From: Daphnia carinata
Taxonomy: Eukaryota
Assembly: GCF_022539665.2 (NCBI RefSeq)
Contig: NC_081332.1
Location: 4,154,001 to 4,218,000 of the forward strand
Reading direction: 5' to 3'
DNA: 64,000 bases
Below, piece after piece: positions 47,517 to 60,200 of this stretch. Both the position numbers and the translations under genes were made by a program. The notes under the pieces are model-generated. The model did no database searches and was not told the DNA's origin. It saw only the letters and a list, made by a program, of their open reading frames with translations. Numbering within the stretch: position 1 is the first letter of the stretch; each line of letters starts with the position of its first letter.

Positions 47517-50500
47517 TTAGTGATGGCGCTGTTGGGGCGTCCTGTGCATCATGACGACATCCGTCGTCGGTGATGCCAACTTATAAAACTGATGATGATG
47601 GTGGTAGTCGTGCTGTTGCCTCGACGAGAAGACTTGGCTTGGCTTCTGCTGCAACAGCTGCGCCTGGTGGTGGTGGTGCCAGGTTGCAACCGACGGTGGC
47701 GTCGGCGTCGATTTGGCGACGGAAGGCTGGCCCGAAGGATGGCCAGCCATGTGGTGTACACCGCGTCCGCCGTGAGCGAAATCCCATCGGTAGTTATCCG
47801 ATTGCATCTTGTTGTTCGACATCGAAGACGTCGACGAAGACGCTGCAGATGTTGGCAACACTCGATGTCCAGACGGCTGTCCTGCTCCATAAAATCGACC
47901 TGAATTTTGAGACATTTTTAAATTTCAATTTCAACGGCCATTGAACACACTTAACAATCAAATGTAAAAAAAAAAAAACAAAAAAAAAAACGATCATCTA
48001 TCACGCGCTAATTACTGGAACATTTTGCGCCAAACTAACCGGGAGATGCAATCAGTTGCTGCTGATGGAGGCGAGGACTGCGGAAGTCGTGATATTCACG
48101 ACGCTCTTGACGGTATTCGCTCAGCTCTTGGGTCATCACTTTATTGCCGCCGTTGCTCGGGTTGCCGTTCGCGTTACTGACTACGTGCTGGGCAGCGGCG
48201 GCTGCGGCGGACGATGAAGGCACTCTGGAATGCGCGGCAGCTCCCACCGACGGCGGCTGTTGTTGTTGCTTATTCATTGCGGACGCATTGCTGCTGGCCG
48301 ATCGGGCCATTAGCGACGAGACGGGAGGTGGCGAAGAGATGCTCTCCTCTTCCGATGTGATTTCGGCCAATCGTCGGTAGATGTTGCTGTTTGATTTCTT
48401 TTTCTGCTGGGCAGCAACAACCGCAGCTGTACTGTTGTTGTTGTTGATGTTATTATGACCACCGCGATCGGCATTGTTGTTGGCGCGGGTCTGCCGATCG
48501 GGAAATCGGCCGGCATCTGATGATACGGCGGACGGATTTGCAGATGGGGTGGAGGGCGTGGCGGCCGATCGTGAACGTGAACTGTTTATGACTTCCCGAC
48601 GGTAATCCATTTGCGGCTGATGGGTCTTCTTTTTCGGCGAGTCGACAACGTCATCCGACCGGATATTGCTCGACGCGCTGCGATTGTTCCGCAGCTGCTG
48701 CAGGGCCGATGAAGACGTCGCTGCCGGCGGAGTTGATTCCTTCCGCTTGTCTCGCGTTTCGGCTTCCGCCAGACGCGCATTGGCCGACTTCTTGACGGGC
48801 ATCGATTGCTGTTGGATCGGAAGTTCGTCGCTGGATGTGCGGTGGTGCGAGATGGACGAAGGAGCTCCTTCCGGATCCAGCCGGGCGATTCGTTGCTGCT
48901 GGTGGTGCTGTTGTTGCTGCAAGAGCATCAACTGCTCTTGATGTTTGTAATGATCGAGCTGGAGGACCCGGAGTTGCTGGCGGATGTTGGCCTTCTCTCG
49001 AGCCCTCTTCCGCTGGAACTCCTCCTCCACTCGTTGCATGGCTTGCATTTCTTGCAGACGCTTCCGCTCCTTCAGCTCCGCCTCTCTCGACAGCTTCTCT
49101 TCCAGCAAACGTTTCTCGTGCACCCGCACCGTTGACTGGAATGTGAATTTCTTGTTGGGCGAGTGGCCGTGGCCGTGGCCGTGGCCGAACAGCCGCTGGC
49201 CGACGCTCTGCTTTTTCGCTTCCAGGAAGACGGCGTCGGCCGAACGCGCCCGCCGCATCATGTCCGTCTGATCCATGGAGGCGGGCCGGCCGAGCCGCGG
49301 CTGGCGCTGATGGGCCGACACCATCCGCGAGTCGTACTGCGGCAAATAGACGATCCTCTGCGTCAGGACGGACGGTTGACTGTAAGCCGGATACTGCTGG
49401 CCAAGCTGGCCGAACCCGTGATGCTGCTGGGCTAAGAGGTCGGCTTCCGAACGGCTCTGCAGTTTGCGGATGGACGGGTACGACCCGTCGTCGTCCCCAC
49501 CGGACCCGTTCAGGACCGAGTTGGGGGCGCTGCGGCTCAGCATCCAATTCCCATCGTCGCAATGATGGCCGGACGCGTGATGGCTGTTCCGGCGCATGTT
49601 GGTTTCGTCCTCGTTGTCGTCGTCGGAAGGCGAGCACTTGCCGCGGCGGAAAGCCGTGGCGAACGCCCCGGAAACGGACCGTTTCAGTTTGCGGAGGCTG
49701 TTGTACTTTTGCGGGATGCAGTGCGCTCCGGCGCCCGGCGCTCCTTCGTCCCCAGTCCGGCTGCTGCTGCCGCCCGTCTCGTTGCGTTTGCGATACTTGC
49801 GCCCGCCTTTCGACATGGAAGAGGAGCGCGAATCGGCCGTCTGGTCCGTCATCGAAGAGTCGTTGAACATCTGCGATTTCGGGATGATCTTGGGCGGCGT
49901 CGGATCGGCCGTCGAAGGGTGTCGTTTGCTGGCCCGGAAGCAGGACGAACCTCCGCCGCGAGAACGACGTTGAACGTTGTGGCCGGCCTCGTCCTCGCTG
50001 CTGCCGTTGTTGCTACTGTCGTCGTCCAGCAGGTCCTGCTGGGGTGTCCAATTATTTTGCAACTGATTGCGCTGCTGTTGAGGGGGCACCGGCGAAGACA
50101 TGGCCAGCGGCTTGTCGCGTCCGCTAGCGCCGCCACCGCTGGCCACCATGGCCGAGCCGCATCCGGACTTCCAGCATCGCCGGAGATGCCCGAATCGGCG
50201 GATTTCTCGTTGGAAATGCGCGGCGGATGCGGCGCTACAGGTCGGAGCGCGTTCTTGGCTATCCGCTCTTCCATGACGTCCTCGTCTTCGTCCTCTTCGT
50301 CGCTCAGATCCATGGCGCTCATGTCGCTGGCTTTGCTGCTGGACGCGTTGAGTTTGCTGCTACTCGACCGAGGGTAGTGATCCGACGACTGGCCGAGCGC
50401 CCTCCAGGCCGCCGACGGTGAGAAGCGCGGCAACTGTTGCGGCTTTTTCGGTAACGTCGGTCTCAGGCTGAGGGCGATATCCTGGTCGTCTTCGTCGTCG

Positions 50501-53500
50501 TGATCCAGCTGATCTTCGTGCAAGGTGGCCCGACGCGTGCTCGAATGATGGCGGATGACGGGCGGAGGTGTGGACGAATGGCGTCGACGCTGATCGGACG
50601 ATGCGCTGCTGCTGGTGCTCTTGGCCGGCCGCCTGATTGACTGTCGAAGACGGCCTCCATCTTCCTTCTCCTCGGTTTCAGACTTGCGATCGATGACGCT
50701 CTTGTTCTCGGCCAGCACGGCGTCGAATTCCTCCATGACACGTCGACTCTCTTCGTCGAGATCGACCGACTGGCTGGCCGCGGCGGCTGGAACGCCGGTC
50801 GGCGGCGCACTCACGTCACCCGGCGCCATGCCAAAATAGAACTGTTGGGGCTTGCTGTTGTTGTTGTTGTGGTTGTTGTTGTGGTTGTTGTTGTTGCCGG
50901 AGCTGCTGCTGCTGCTGGCCGGCTGTTCCGATTGAGGCGGCACTCTCGAGAAGGAAGAAGACTCCGGATGCATCTCCTCCCAGTCGTCGTCGTCCGTCAT
51001 CGTGCCGTTCAATTTCTTCTGGCTGCTAAACACCGTGACCGGCCCGTTTCTGATGAAGGCCAGCAGAGATTCATCGCCGGAAAGATCTTCGCGGCTCGTG
51101 TTGTGACGGCCGCCTCGACGCACTTCCTGCGTCTCGTCGGCCACGTCGGCCCGCAAGTACTCCATGCTGCGCGCGCGGATGCGTCCGCTCTCCGAATCGG
51201 CCGCTTTGCCGTCCGTCGATTTCGTTTTGAACAGCCTCAATTTGCCGCGCCCGCTCGACTTGCTGCCTCCGGCCGGCTGCTGTTGTTCCTGATCGACTCG
51301 GCTGCTGCTGCCGGACTTGGCCGAAGCGGCCGGCGTCGATGGCGCCGTGTTGGGCGCTTTGGCTTTCGAGTTCCTCTTGCTCTTGGACGGTTTCCTGCTG
51401 CCGCTGGACGAGCGCTGCTTGTTGTTGGCGTCGTAGTCGGGCGTCGGGCTGCGCATCTCGTCCGCACCGTTGCCGATCAGCGTCGCGACGATGGGCGGCT
51501 CGCAATTGGCGGCCATCAGGTTGTGATTCAACTCGTTCAACTTGCGATTAGCCACGTGAAGAGTGCCCACTTTTTGCAACGCCAGACCATTATCGGTGGC
51601 TCTCAACTTGACGGCGTTCACGGCCGCATTGCCAGTAGCGCCGTTGGCCGCCATCGGCAGTACTCGAATCTTTTTGGCTTGCTGGACAGGAGCTTCGCCG
51701 ACTCCCGGACCGTATCTGTGATGAAATACAATGAGAAAAACGTCATCATCGCCTTCTTCTTGTTTTTCCACACAATATGTTTCGTTTCGCTTTCTAATCT
51801 TTTTTTTTTTCTATGTTCTGTCAACTTCCTCCTCCTCCTCCTCCTCCTCCTTCTTCTTCTTCTTCTTCTTCTTTTCGAATCAAATTGGAAGGGAAAAATA
51901 AAAATCTCGCCAATTCGTGGGAAGAGACGGGAGGAGAAAGGGGCCCGTTTTTTCCACAATAGCCATCAGGTACGATTGGTCTTTCGATTGCTATAAGAGC
52001 CATTGAAATTGCCGGAATAAAAAAAGGGAGAGCTTGTCCCGAAGGCAATTTGCGCGTGCTGACGAGCACATTTGCTGACTGATTGCGCGAAAAAAAAAAA
52101 AAAAAAATGTTAGAGTGAGTTCTGTCCAATAAAACGCGCAACAGCACTTTAACGAAGTAAATACATTTGATAAAAAAAAAAAAAATAAATAAATAAATAC
52201 GAAATTTGTTCAGCGATACAAAAGTAAAATGGCAGCCAAAGCAGCCCAACGTTTTTACTTCAATAGCTACTTGGCCATCGACATTATTGACGCTTTAAAA
52301 AATGGGGCCCAATCTCTTAATGTTCAACAAAAGAAATTCTGCTGGGGTCGGGATGAGAAAAAAAAAAATAAATAATAATAAATAAATAAAAGCGACAGAT
52401 CAAAGTGACGCTGTATAACAGTCAAGGCAAATTCGGGGCTATAGCATTGTTGTCGATCACGGGCTGAACTCAATAGATGTCCATAAAAAATCAATAACGA
52501 ATAGGAAAGAAAGAGTCTTGTGTCCCCGATTTCCAATGGATTATACTAGATTATACGACCCACAAAAAAGGGATAGAAAAAAAAAAAAAAAAAGGGGCAT
52601 CGCTTTCTCGTTTGTAGACACAATGTTCCAAAACGCTAGTTAAGTCCTTTTACCCCCGGAATGGCTGTAGCGGGAGAGATTATCGATACTACTAAATGTT
52701 TTAACGGCCGTCTGTTGACCTCCTTTTTTTTTTTTTTTTTTTTCTTTTTCCCGGATTTACTTAGTAGTGTGTGTCTACACACACACACACTCCAGCTAAA
52801 AGAGAGGCATATGGAGGGGGGGGGGGGCGGTTGTTGTTGCAACTTGTGTTATTATTTTAGCTTGTGTATAACGACGTTAGCCGGGGATAGACGGTATAAC
52901 GGAGACGCTCCTCAGAACTAAAGTGAGTAGCATAATGCTAATGACATTTAGATGAAGGGAGGGGGGCGGGGGATATCATTAAAGTACACACGACCTCAAA
53001 AAGGACGGAAGCTCTCGACCAAGTTCAATCGACTCGGCTTACGTCCTTTTATCCCCACGAAACAAAAGGACAAGATCATTTTCTTTTTCAAAGGTATAAA
53101 ATCATGGAAACATAAATTTGTGTACAAACAAAAGGTAAGACAACCGTAAAAACGGTATTTTTTTTTTTTATTTATTTATTTTTTTTTAAATTTTGAAACC
53201 GACCCAATCGTCTGAGGTTCTTTCGGACAAAAAACGGCTGGAACGGAAAAATAGTTAAATCGGTAAGCTACATTAAATATAGAAGGAACTCGCGGCGGGG
53301 CGGTTTGGACGCACCAATCAGCTGTTTCGTTTAGATGCACGCACAGCTCGCTTAAGTCTGCAATCATTCGAATGATAAACGATGACAACGTTTAATACCC
53401 CTGCCCCCCCCCTCCCAACTAAAATACTAGCCAGCCATCCAACCGCAAGAGTCCCGCAAAACCCAAACGAAAATTTGTTTCTTCCTTAACGACCCACAAC

Positions 53501-53574
53501 ATCAAAAAAATAAAAGGGGAATAATATCATAGTCTACGATCCTCATCCTACCATTATGTAAGTCAAAAGAAAAT

Positions 53575-53619
<45 letters not shown>

Positions 53620-53940
53620 GAAATAAATAATAATGACGCACCTGGCGAACCGTAGCGGCTGTTGATCCGATAGTTTCGACTGCTGCTGCTGCTGGTGCTG
53701 GATGCATTCCTGCTCGAATTGACCGTAGTGCGCGTTCAGATGTCCGTTGACCATGACGTTGGCACCTGACGAAGGATAGCCGCTCAAATGTTTCGATGGA
53801 TTGGGCTGCTGAGCGTGTTGCTGCCAGGCCGATCGGTTGCGTTCGCGCTCAACTTTCGGATAGCTGTTGCTCCAAGTGTGATCCAGCGCCGGATCGGGAC
53901 TGCGCGATCGGTAGCGCGGCGACGAATTGGTGTTGCCCAT
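47517..53940 (-). CDS. Large (~1,450 aa) low-complexity uncharacterised protein with N-myristoylation motif and a coiled coil; exons 53642-53940, 48041-51715, 47517-47899; apparent frameshift near 50155
   Basis: MGNTNSS start; GC-rich coding composition; splice phases fit (AG|A=R, G|GT=G); motif-like islands LRPTLPKKPQQLPRFSPSAAWR, EKSADSGISGD, WTPQQDL, WMLSRSAPNS, KFTFQSTVR, SDNYRWDFAHG. Confidence 0.8.
51826..51873. repeat. Compound (CCT)n(CTT)n microsatellite; many poly-A/T, (CA)n and (GA)n tracts follow through to 64000
   Basis: Directly visible. Confidence 0.9.
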
Positions 53941-53981
53941 TTTTTGTTTTGTTTTTTTCCTTTTCTGGTGAAAGTTTGACG

Positions 53982-54017
<36 letters not shown>

Positions 54018-54219
54018 CAAAACAAAACAATTGCGTCGATGCGGTCGTCTGCGTGTCTCGGTTACACGAACCGTAGACGGACGACACTGCACGACGGAGA
54101 AATGTGAGAAACCACTGCAAGTTTTCCGGCCGCAAAAATATGGGCGTTGTTGTATTTTGAATTTTCCCTCACCTGCAACACACAGAAAAAAAAAATTTGG
54201 TTATTCAAAGATATAAATC

Positions 54220-54255
<36 letters not shown>

Positions 54256-57200
54256 CAAAAACAAAACAAAATCCAATCAAAAATGAAAGGAAAGTCTGCG
54301 GAAATTCGAGGGAAAGGGATAATCAAACTACACGGAACGTACTGGCGATTGTAATATCGATGTTGCGCAAGAAGAAAAAAAAAATCAGGAAGGGGGAAGG
54401 AAGGAAGTAAGTTTCAAGAAACGGAAATCCAAAAACGACGGAAATGTTTTGACCAGCCTGTCCCTTCCTCCCCCCCCCCCCTCTCAAAAAATTATAGCTA
54501 CCGGGGGGAGGGGAAGGAAATCGATTTTGACCGAAAACGAGGAGAGACTATACCTAATAAAAAAAAAAAACTGGGGTCGGTTACACGGGCGTTAACAACC
54601 AAACAAACATTTCCTTTTCTTAAAAAAAAAAAAAAAGCGGAACTAGGCAAGTGTGAAACGCTTGAGCAGCACTTTGTTGGCCGGCGGGCAGGAACAGGAC
54701 GCACCAAACGCGGCACGAAACGATAATAAGACGACTATTTAAATAGAAAAAAAAAAAAATATATATATAAAATCTAAAAATATGAAACAAGAAATGCGAG
54801 AAGAGTTGAAGGAAGGAAGCACCAAAGGTCTGCGCGCTAGCCACAAGTCGTTCTCAACTTCCGGCCAATCTTTCTTTCCAAAAAAAAAAAAAAAAATTTT
54901 GGTTACCATTTCACAAGAAACTTTGTTTACATTTAATACCTCCACCCTAATTTTTTCTCACGAAGAAATTAAAAATAGTTCCGTCCTGCTCGTCTCCGCT
55001 GACCGTGGGCAAAATTCAATAGGTCGACATTCCTTTTTTTCTTCACTATTTTAATGTAATAATGAAAGGCTTGCGTTTTTTTCTTTTCGTATCGATTTTG
55101 GCTTCGTTTCAAAATGGCCGAACGGAAATCATTATAAACGGTGCATGGGAAACCAAACAAAAGAAGAACAAGGACTTTTAAATCCATAAGAAATGATGAG
55201 GTACTTCTTTGTTCGAGTCTCGCTTTTCTCTTGTAACAGCAGAAACACACGAAATAAAAACTCGACATTCGTTTAAGCTTGTTGCTATACTCTGATCTCG
55301 TTTGCCTTACTTTTTGTTTTTCTCTATCGACGTCGAAGGGGTGAAAACACTTTTCAAAATTGCAGTCCCTTTCTATTTTTCTTATGTCATTTAACACAAT
55401 AGAAATCAAGAAGCCTTGACAAAAAAGAAAAAGAAAAGGGGCAGCTAAAGAAAAGAACATAAATGACAATCGTGTCCCACCCTAAAGCAAAGCGAATATT
55501 CAAAGAGAAGTAAAAATACACCTGGAATAAATAAACGAAGCACACGACCCTGTAGATACAATTACGAATTAAAAAAAAAAAAAAAAAAAAGAAATTGCGA
55601 GAGAGAGAGAGAGAGAGAGGAAAAAAAAAAAAGGATTTGACTTCCTCTGCTAAAAGTACAAAGGCCAAGTTGGTGCAATTTGTTATTAGGGTGGAGGTCG
55701 AAACAGCGGGGGAAAAATGTAGGCCAATTGCGCCGAAAGTCGTATTCGATATCACGAACGCGAGGCAAATCCTTGCCAACAGGAACAACAATCATCCGTC
55801 ACGAAACGATGAAAACAAAAAAAAAAAAACGGGCCTTTTTTTCTTCGCAATTCTCAAAGAAACAAAAAAAAAAAAAAAAAAAAAAATCAAAATCGAAAAT
55901 AAAGGCAAACTTGTTAAGATGGTTCTCCTGTGGCCATGTTATAAAACTTACAAATGCCCAATCAAAAACAAACGGCACGATGATGTTATCACGTGTGACG
56001 TCACTCGGCCATCATTCTAATCTTGCTCATCAAGTTCTATGCATTTTTCCCGTGTGCGTTCAATCAACTGAAATTCAATAGAACAAGTTTCTTTTTTTTT
56101 CAAATGTCAAAATGTTAACTCACGAATTAAAAAAAAAAGGGGGGGGGGGGAGATTTCATCCTGATTGACACGTGAACAACATGTCCATCTATGCAAAAAC
56201 AGGCTTGTCAAAAAAAAAAAAAAAAAAACTAAAGAAATCTTTAAAAATAAAAACCAAAAAATGTTAAGAGCAGCACGGCCTCAGACGTTGGTTAACAGCC
56301 CAAAAGGTGTGGCACAGTTCACGCAATTTTTTTTTTTTTGATTTGAAATATCATTTCGGCCTGAGCTTTGCGTTAGTCCAACAGCTGCTTGGCCTCGTGA
56401 GTTTGTTCCCATCTCTCGGCCTGGGAAATAAATGCCAGACAAGTTTTTTTTTTTTTTTTTTTTTTTATGTTTCATTTACACGATCATAAAAAACAAAGGG
56501 GTTTTCGCGAACCAGGGGATTCTTTTCTTGTTTTTCCTTGTAGACCTTGTATCCAGGTGGTCAATCAAGCGCACAAACAGGTAACTGGATTAATTGATAA
56601 TCCTTCCCTAACAACATCATCTATTAATCAGCACGCTAATGTCCGCATGCTATTTTGATCGCTACGTCCACAATGCGTTCCAAACGATTGGCTCGTACAA
56701 ACTGCCTCTCCATGTTTCTTTTCTTTCTTTTGCCAAAAAAGAAAAAATTGCACAATTCGTTTGTGTTGGCCATATTTTTTATTTTTATTTTTTATTGCCT
56801 TTAGGTGCGTCGCACGGCCACAACACTTTGTCCGCCTGTTGCTGCCTTCGTTCATTAAACTCTGGCCGAGAGAAAGGGACGGGCAACGGTTTTGGGTTAT
56901 TGGACACTTGCGTCAACAACATCATCACCGACGGAGCGAAACGCGCACGGGAGTGGGGGCACATTCACCGAATAAGAAAAAAAAAGAACCTGGACGATGC
57001 AATAGAGTTTGCCCAGCTGGTCCAGTCTACGTTTCGTGCGCCATATCCACTTTCATTTTCAGCGAGATCAGCTGGGCGTAACGCTTTTTTTTTTTTTTTC
57101 GAAGCAACACATTTGAAAAAAAACCCAAAAACAAAACAAACGCGCATCGTTGCAGAACCGAATTTGTGTGGCCGACAGGTAAGACCGCGAGATGTAAAAC

Positions 57201-60200
57201 AAAACACACACGCACGCACGCACGTAAAATATAATCAATGAATTAATGAGGGGAAAAGAAAAAACAAAACAAAACAAATTTAGCTTACACATTAAACGAT
57301 GGCGAATGAAAAATTTCGATTACGTTTCGTGGGATTTGGTTGGAAATTCCAAATTAGGATTGATCGGTTTAAAATTTCACTCGTTTTAAAATGGTGAGCA
57401 CATTTTAAAGGAGAAATTGCGATGGGTAGGTTATGCGTTACACGTCTCTTAGTAGCCAATGCTGGAAAGCGAATAAGAAATCACGAGCCGGGCCTGCCCA
57501 GCTGAACTCTCCTGGCAGCCCTTCAGACGGGAAAAAAAAAAAAAGCGAACCTGCTGAGTTCTGTCTCCATTTTCCCGCTTTGCCCTTGACCATTTAAAAG
57601 AAAAAAAAAAGCGTTGTTTTTTTCCTTCCTTCATCTTTGTGAAAAATGCTGCGCACGTAATTATACAATCACATTTCTCTAAGGCAAAAAAGAATAAACC
57701 ATCAAAGTAACGAACGAAAGGAAAGAAAAAAAAAAATACGGTGCAACATTGGCACATAAAATAACACGCTTCAAACAAAAAAAAAAAATTTAGTATTCCA
57801 AGGATGCTGGATCCGCATCCACGTCTCATTAGAATAACGTCCTTTATTTTCATTTTTTTTTTTTTTCTTCGGACAACGCGTTGGCGAATGCTGTTGCTGC
57901 TGCGGGGGAGTCAAATAAAATGTTTGATGATCGTTACAGCCATCGAGAGAGCCTTTCCCTTTTTTTGTTTTCGCGTTACAAGTGAAAACTTGCCTTTTCA
58001 ATTTAATGAATAGTTGTATCGCGTTGTGTTGCACGCATCGTGGAACGGACATTCGCAGCCCAGCGGACACTGCAACGCACTAAAAGAAGCCATGTTAAAA
58101 AAAAAAAAAAAAGGACGTCGTGAAAGATACGAAAAGGACGTCGAGATAAGAGCAAGAAAAACAAGTTAAGGAGTGCTGCAACCATAATGGGTTAGGCCAC
58201 GACCCTCTGATGCAATAAATGAAGCTGGAAGGGAGCATGAGGCCACAACAAACTGCGTGAAAAAAAAAAGGGGGTGAAGGCGATGGAGCGTAGCCAACTA
58301 CGTATATCTTTTTTTTTTTTTTTTATAAAGTAAAAGTATTTTTTTTTTTTTCGCTTTTGCTGGGAAACAAATAAAATTTCGACAAAAAAAAAAAAAATCT
58401 TGCCAAGAAAAAACTGTTTTGCCTCGGCCCTTATTTCTATTTCAATTTTTTTTTTTTTTTAGTTTTACTGCTATCAGCTATTTCGCGTCGTGACACACGT
58501 TTTTTCTCGGTTCCGAAGAGAGGCCATATCGTGTGTTCCGCTTCGTCAAGGGAAAATAAAAAATGGCAAACTTTATTTCTCAACGTCAAAAAAAAAAAAA
58601 AAAAAAAGCAAAAACAAAAGAAAGAAAGTCAAATATCTTTTGAATGTCGAAGATAAAAGAGACAAAACAAAAATCGTGTGTTTTATCCTTTTCCCATTTG
58701 TTCACAACACATGATTTCAGGTTCTCGATTTGCATGGGAAATCGATCTATCTCTGCTGTAGATCTATCCCAGAAATTGGACGTGACGTTGTATGGGAAAA
58801 AAAATAAAAACAAAAAAAAAAAAAAAAAAAAAATTCCGTTAAGAAAAAATTGAAGGGTGGAATAAAAAAAAAAAAAAACAGGAAAAAGAAAAAAGAAAAA
58901 AAAAAAAAAAGGCCGTTCCCTTAAGAACCGGACGTGGTCCATCGCTTTGTTCAGGCGCCTTGTTGCCTTGGCGTCGTTCAATATTCAACGCACAAATTCA
59001 TCGTTCCCACCTGTAAGGTAGTAGAAGTCGATGCGAGGAGGGAAGTTGGCGTAGTGTATCGATTACGAGAGCTCTCCAAAATGTGTAATGCACGCACCTG
59101 CTAAACGCCTAAATATGCCATGACGTCAACGCAACGCACAGCGCCAGTTGGCCGCGACGTGCAGCTATTCCCGCGGCGCTGGCAATGACTAACAACCGTT
59201 GATGATGAATTCAAACGACAAATAAAATAATACCAAGGAAAACGGAATTCTGCGTTCGATCGATAGGGCGCTGCCACACGTCCGGCTGAGTCGGACAGGA
59301 AGGAAGCGCACAGAGCGCGAAAATTCAAATGAAAAATGGCTCGCTGTCAAAGTTGAAGACGATGTTGTGTGTAAGCTGTGCGTGTGTGTGGCGGCTTCTT
59401 TTCTTTTTTTTTTTTACAAGTTTTGGGTAGAGAGAATGTAATTACGAGGGAAGAGCATCACAAAAACATGGGAGGGGAGGGGAGGGGTTGTCAGTAAGTA
59501 GTACTATATTCGCTGTCAAATGCATCGGGAGAAGAAGTGCTTCGCGTGGTTGTATTACGGGTTGTTCGAGTTCACCAAAGTCTCACGAACTGAATGTGAG
59601 AACTGCTCGCATACACACACACACACAATCATTTTTTTTTTTTTTGAAGGGGAAAAAAAAAAAAAAGAGAAACTTTTGTGAGTGACTGAGTCACCCCGTC
59701 ACAACAAGAAAAAATTAAAACTTTGCTCTTTTCAACCCTGTGAACTCAATCCGCTAACTTTCGTCCCCTTCTATTTTTTTTTTTTTTTTCGAAATCTATT
59801 TAACGAATTCATTCCCTTCTAGAATTGGCCGAGCTAACTTTCATTTGCAACGATGTCAAATGCTATTAAGCAAAAAAAAAAAAAAAATGAAAAGGGGAAA
59901 ACTATCGACCAATAGTCACCTACACGCCCACACTCAAAAATTAGCAATTCAATTCAAAGTCCGGCAGAACGAACGTGAAACGAGCAGAGAACAATAGCCG
60001 AAGAACTCACGTTCAATCAACAGGTTACCCACTGCAATTCGTGAACGTTACAAAACTAAGTACGAAATAGAAGGGGAAAAAAAAAACAAAAAAAAAACAT
60101 AAAAAGCAAAACACACGAATGTCGGTAGAACGTTCGCATTAAAGAACCCCCCCCCCCCAAAAAAAAAAAAAATTGATCGCATCAAATTATGATTTTTCCA

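Noticed and set aside
48144..51996. Numerous overlapping and antisense ORFs (e.g. 50845-51996 +, 49562-50377 +, 48651-49637 -)
   Set aside because: Shadows of a GC-rich low-complexity coding exon
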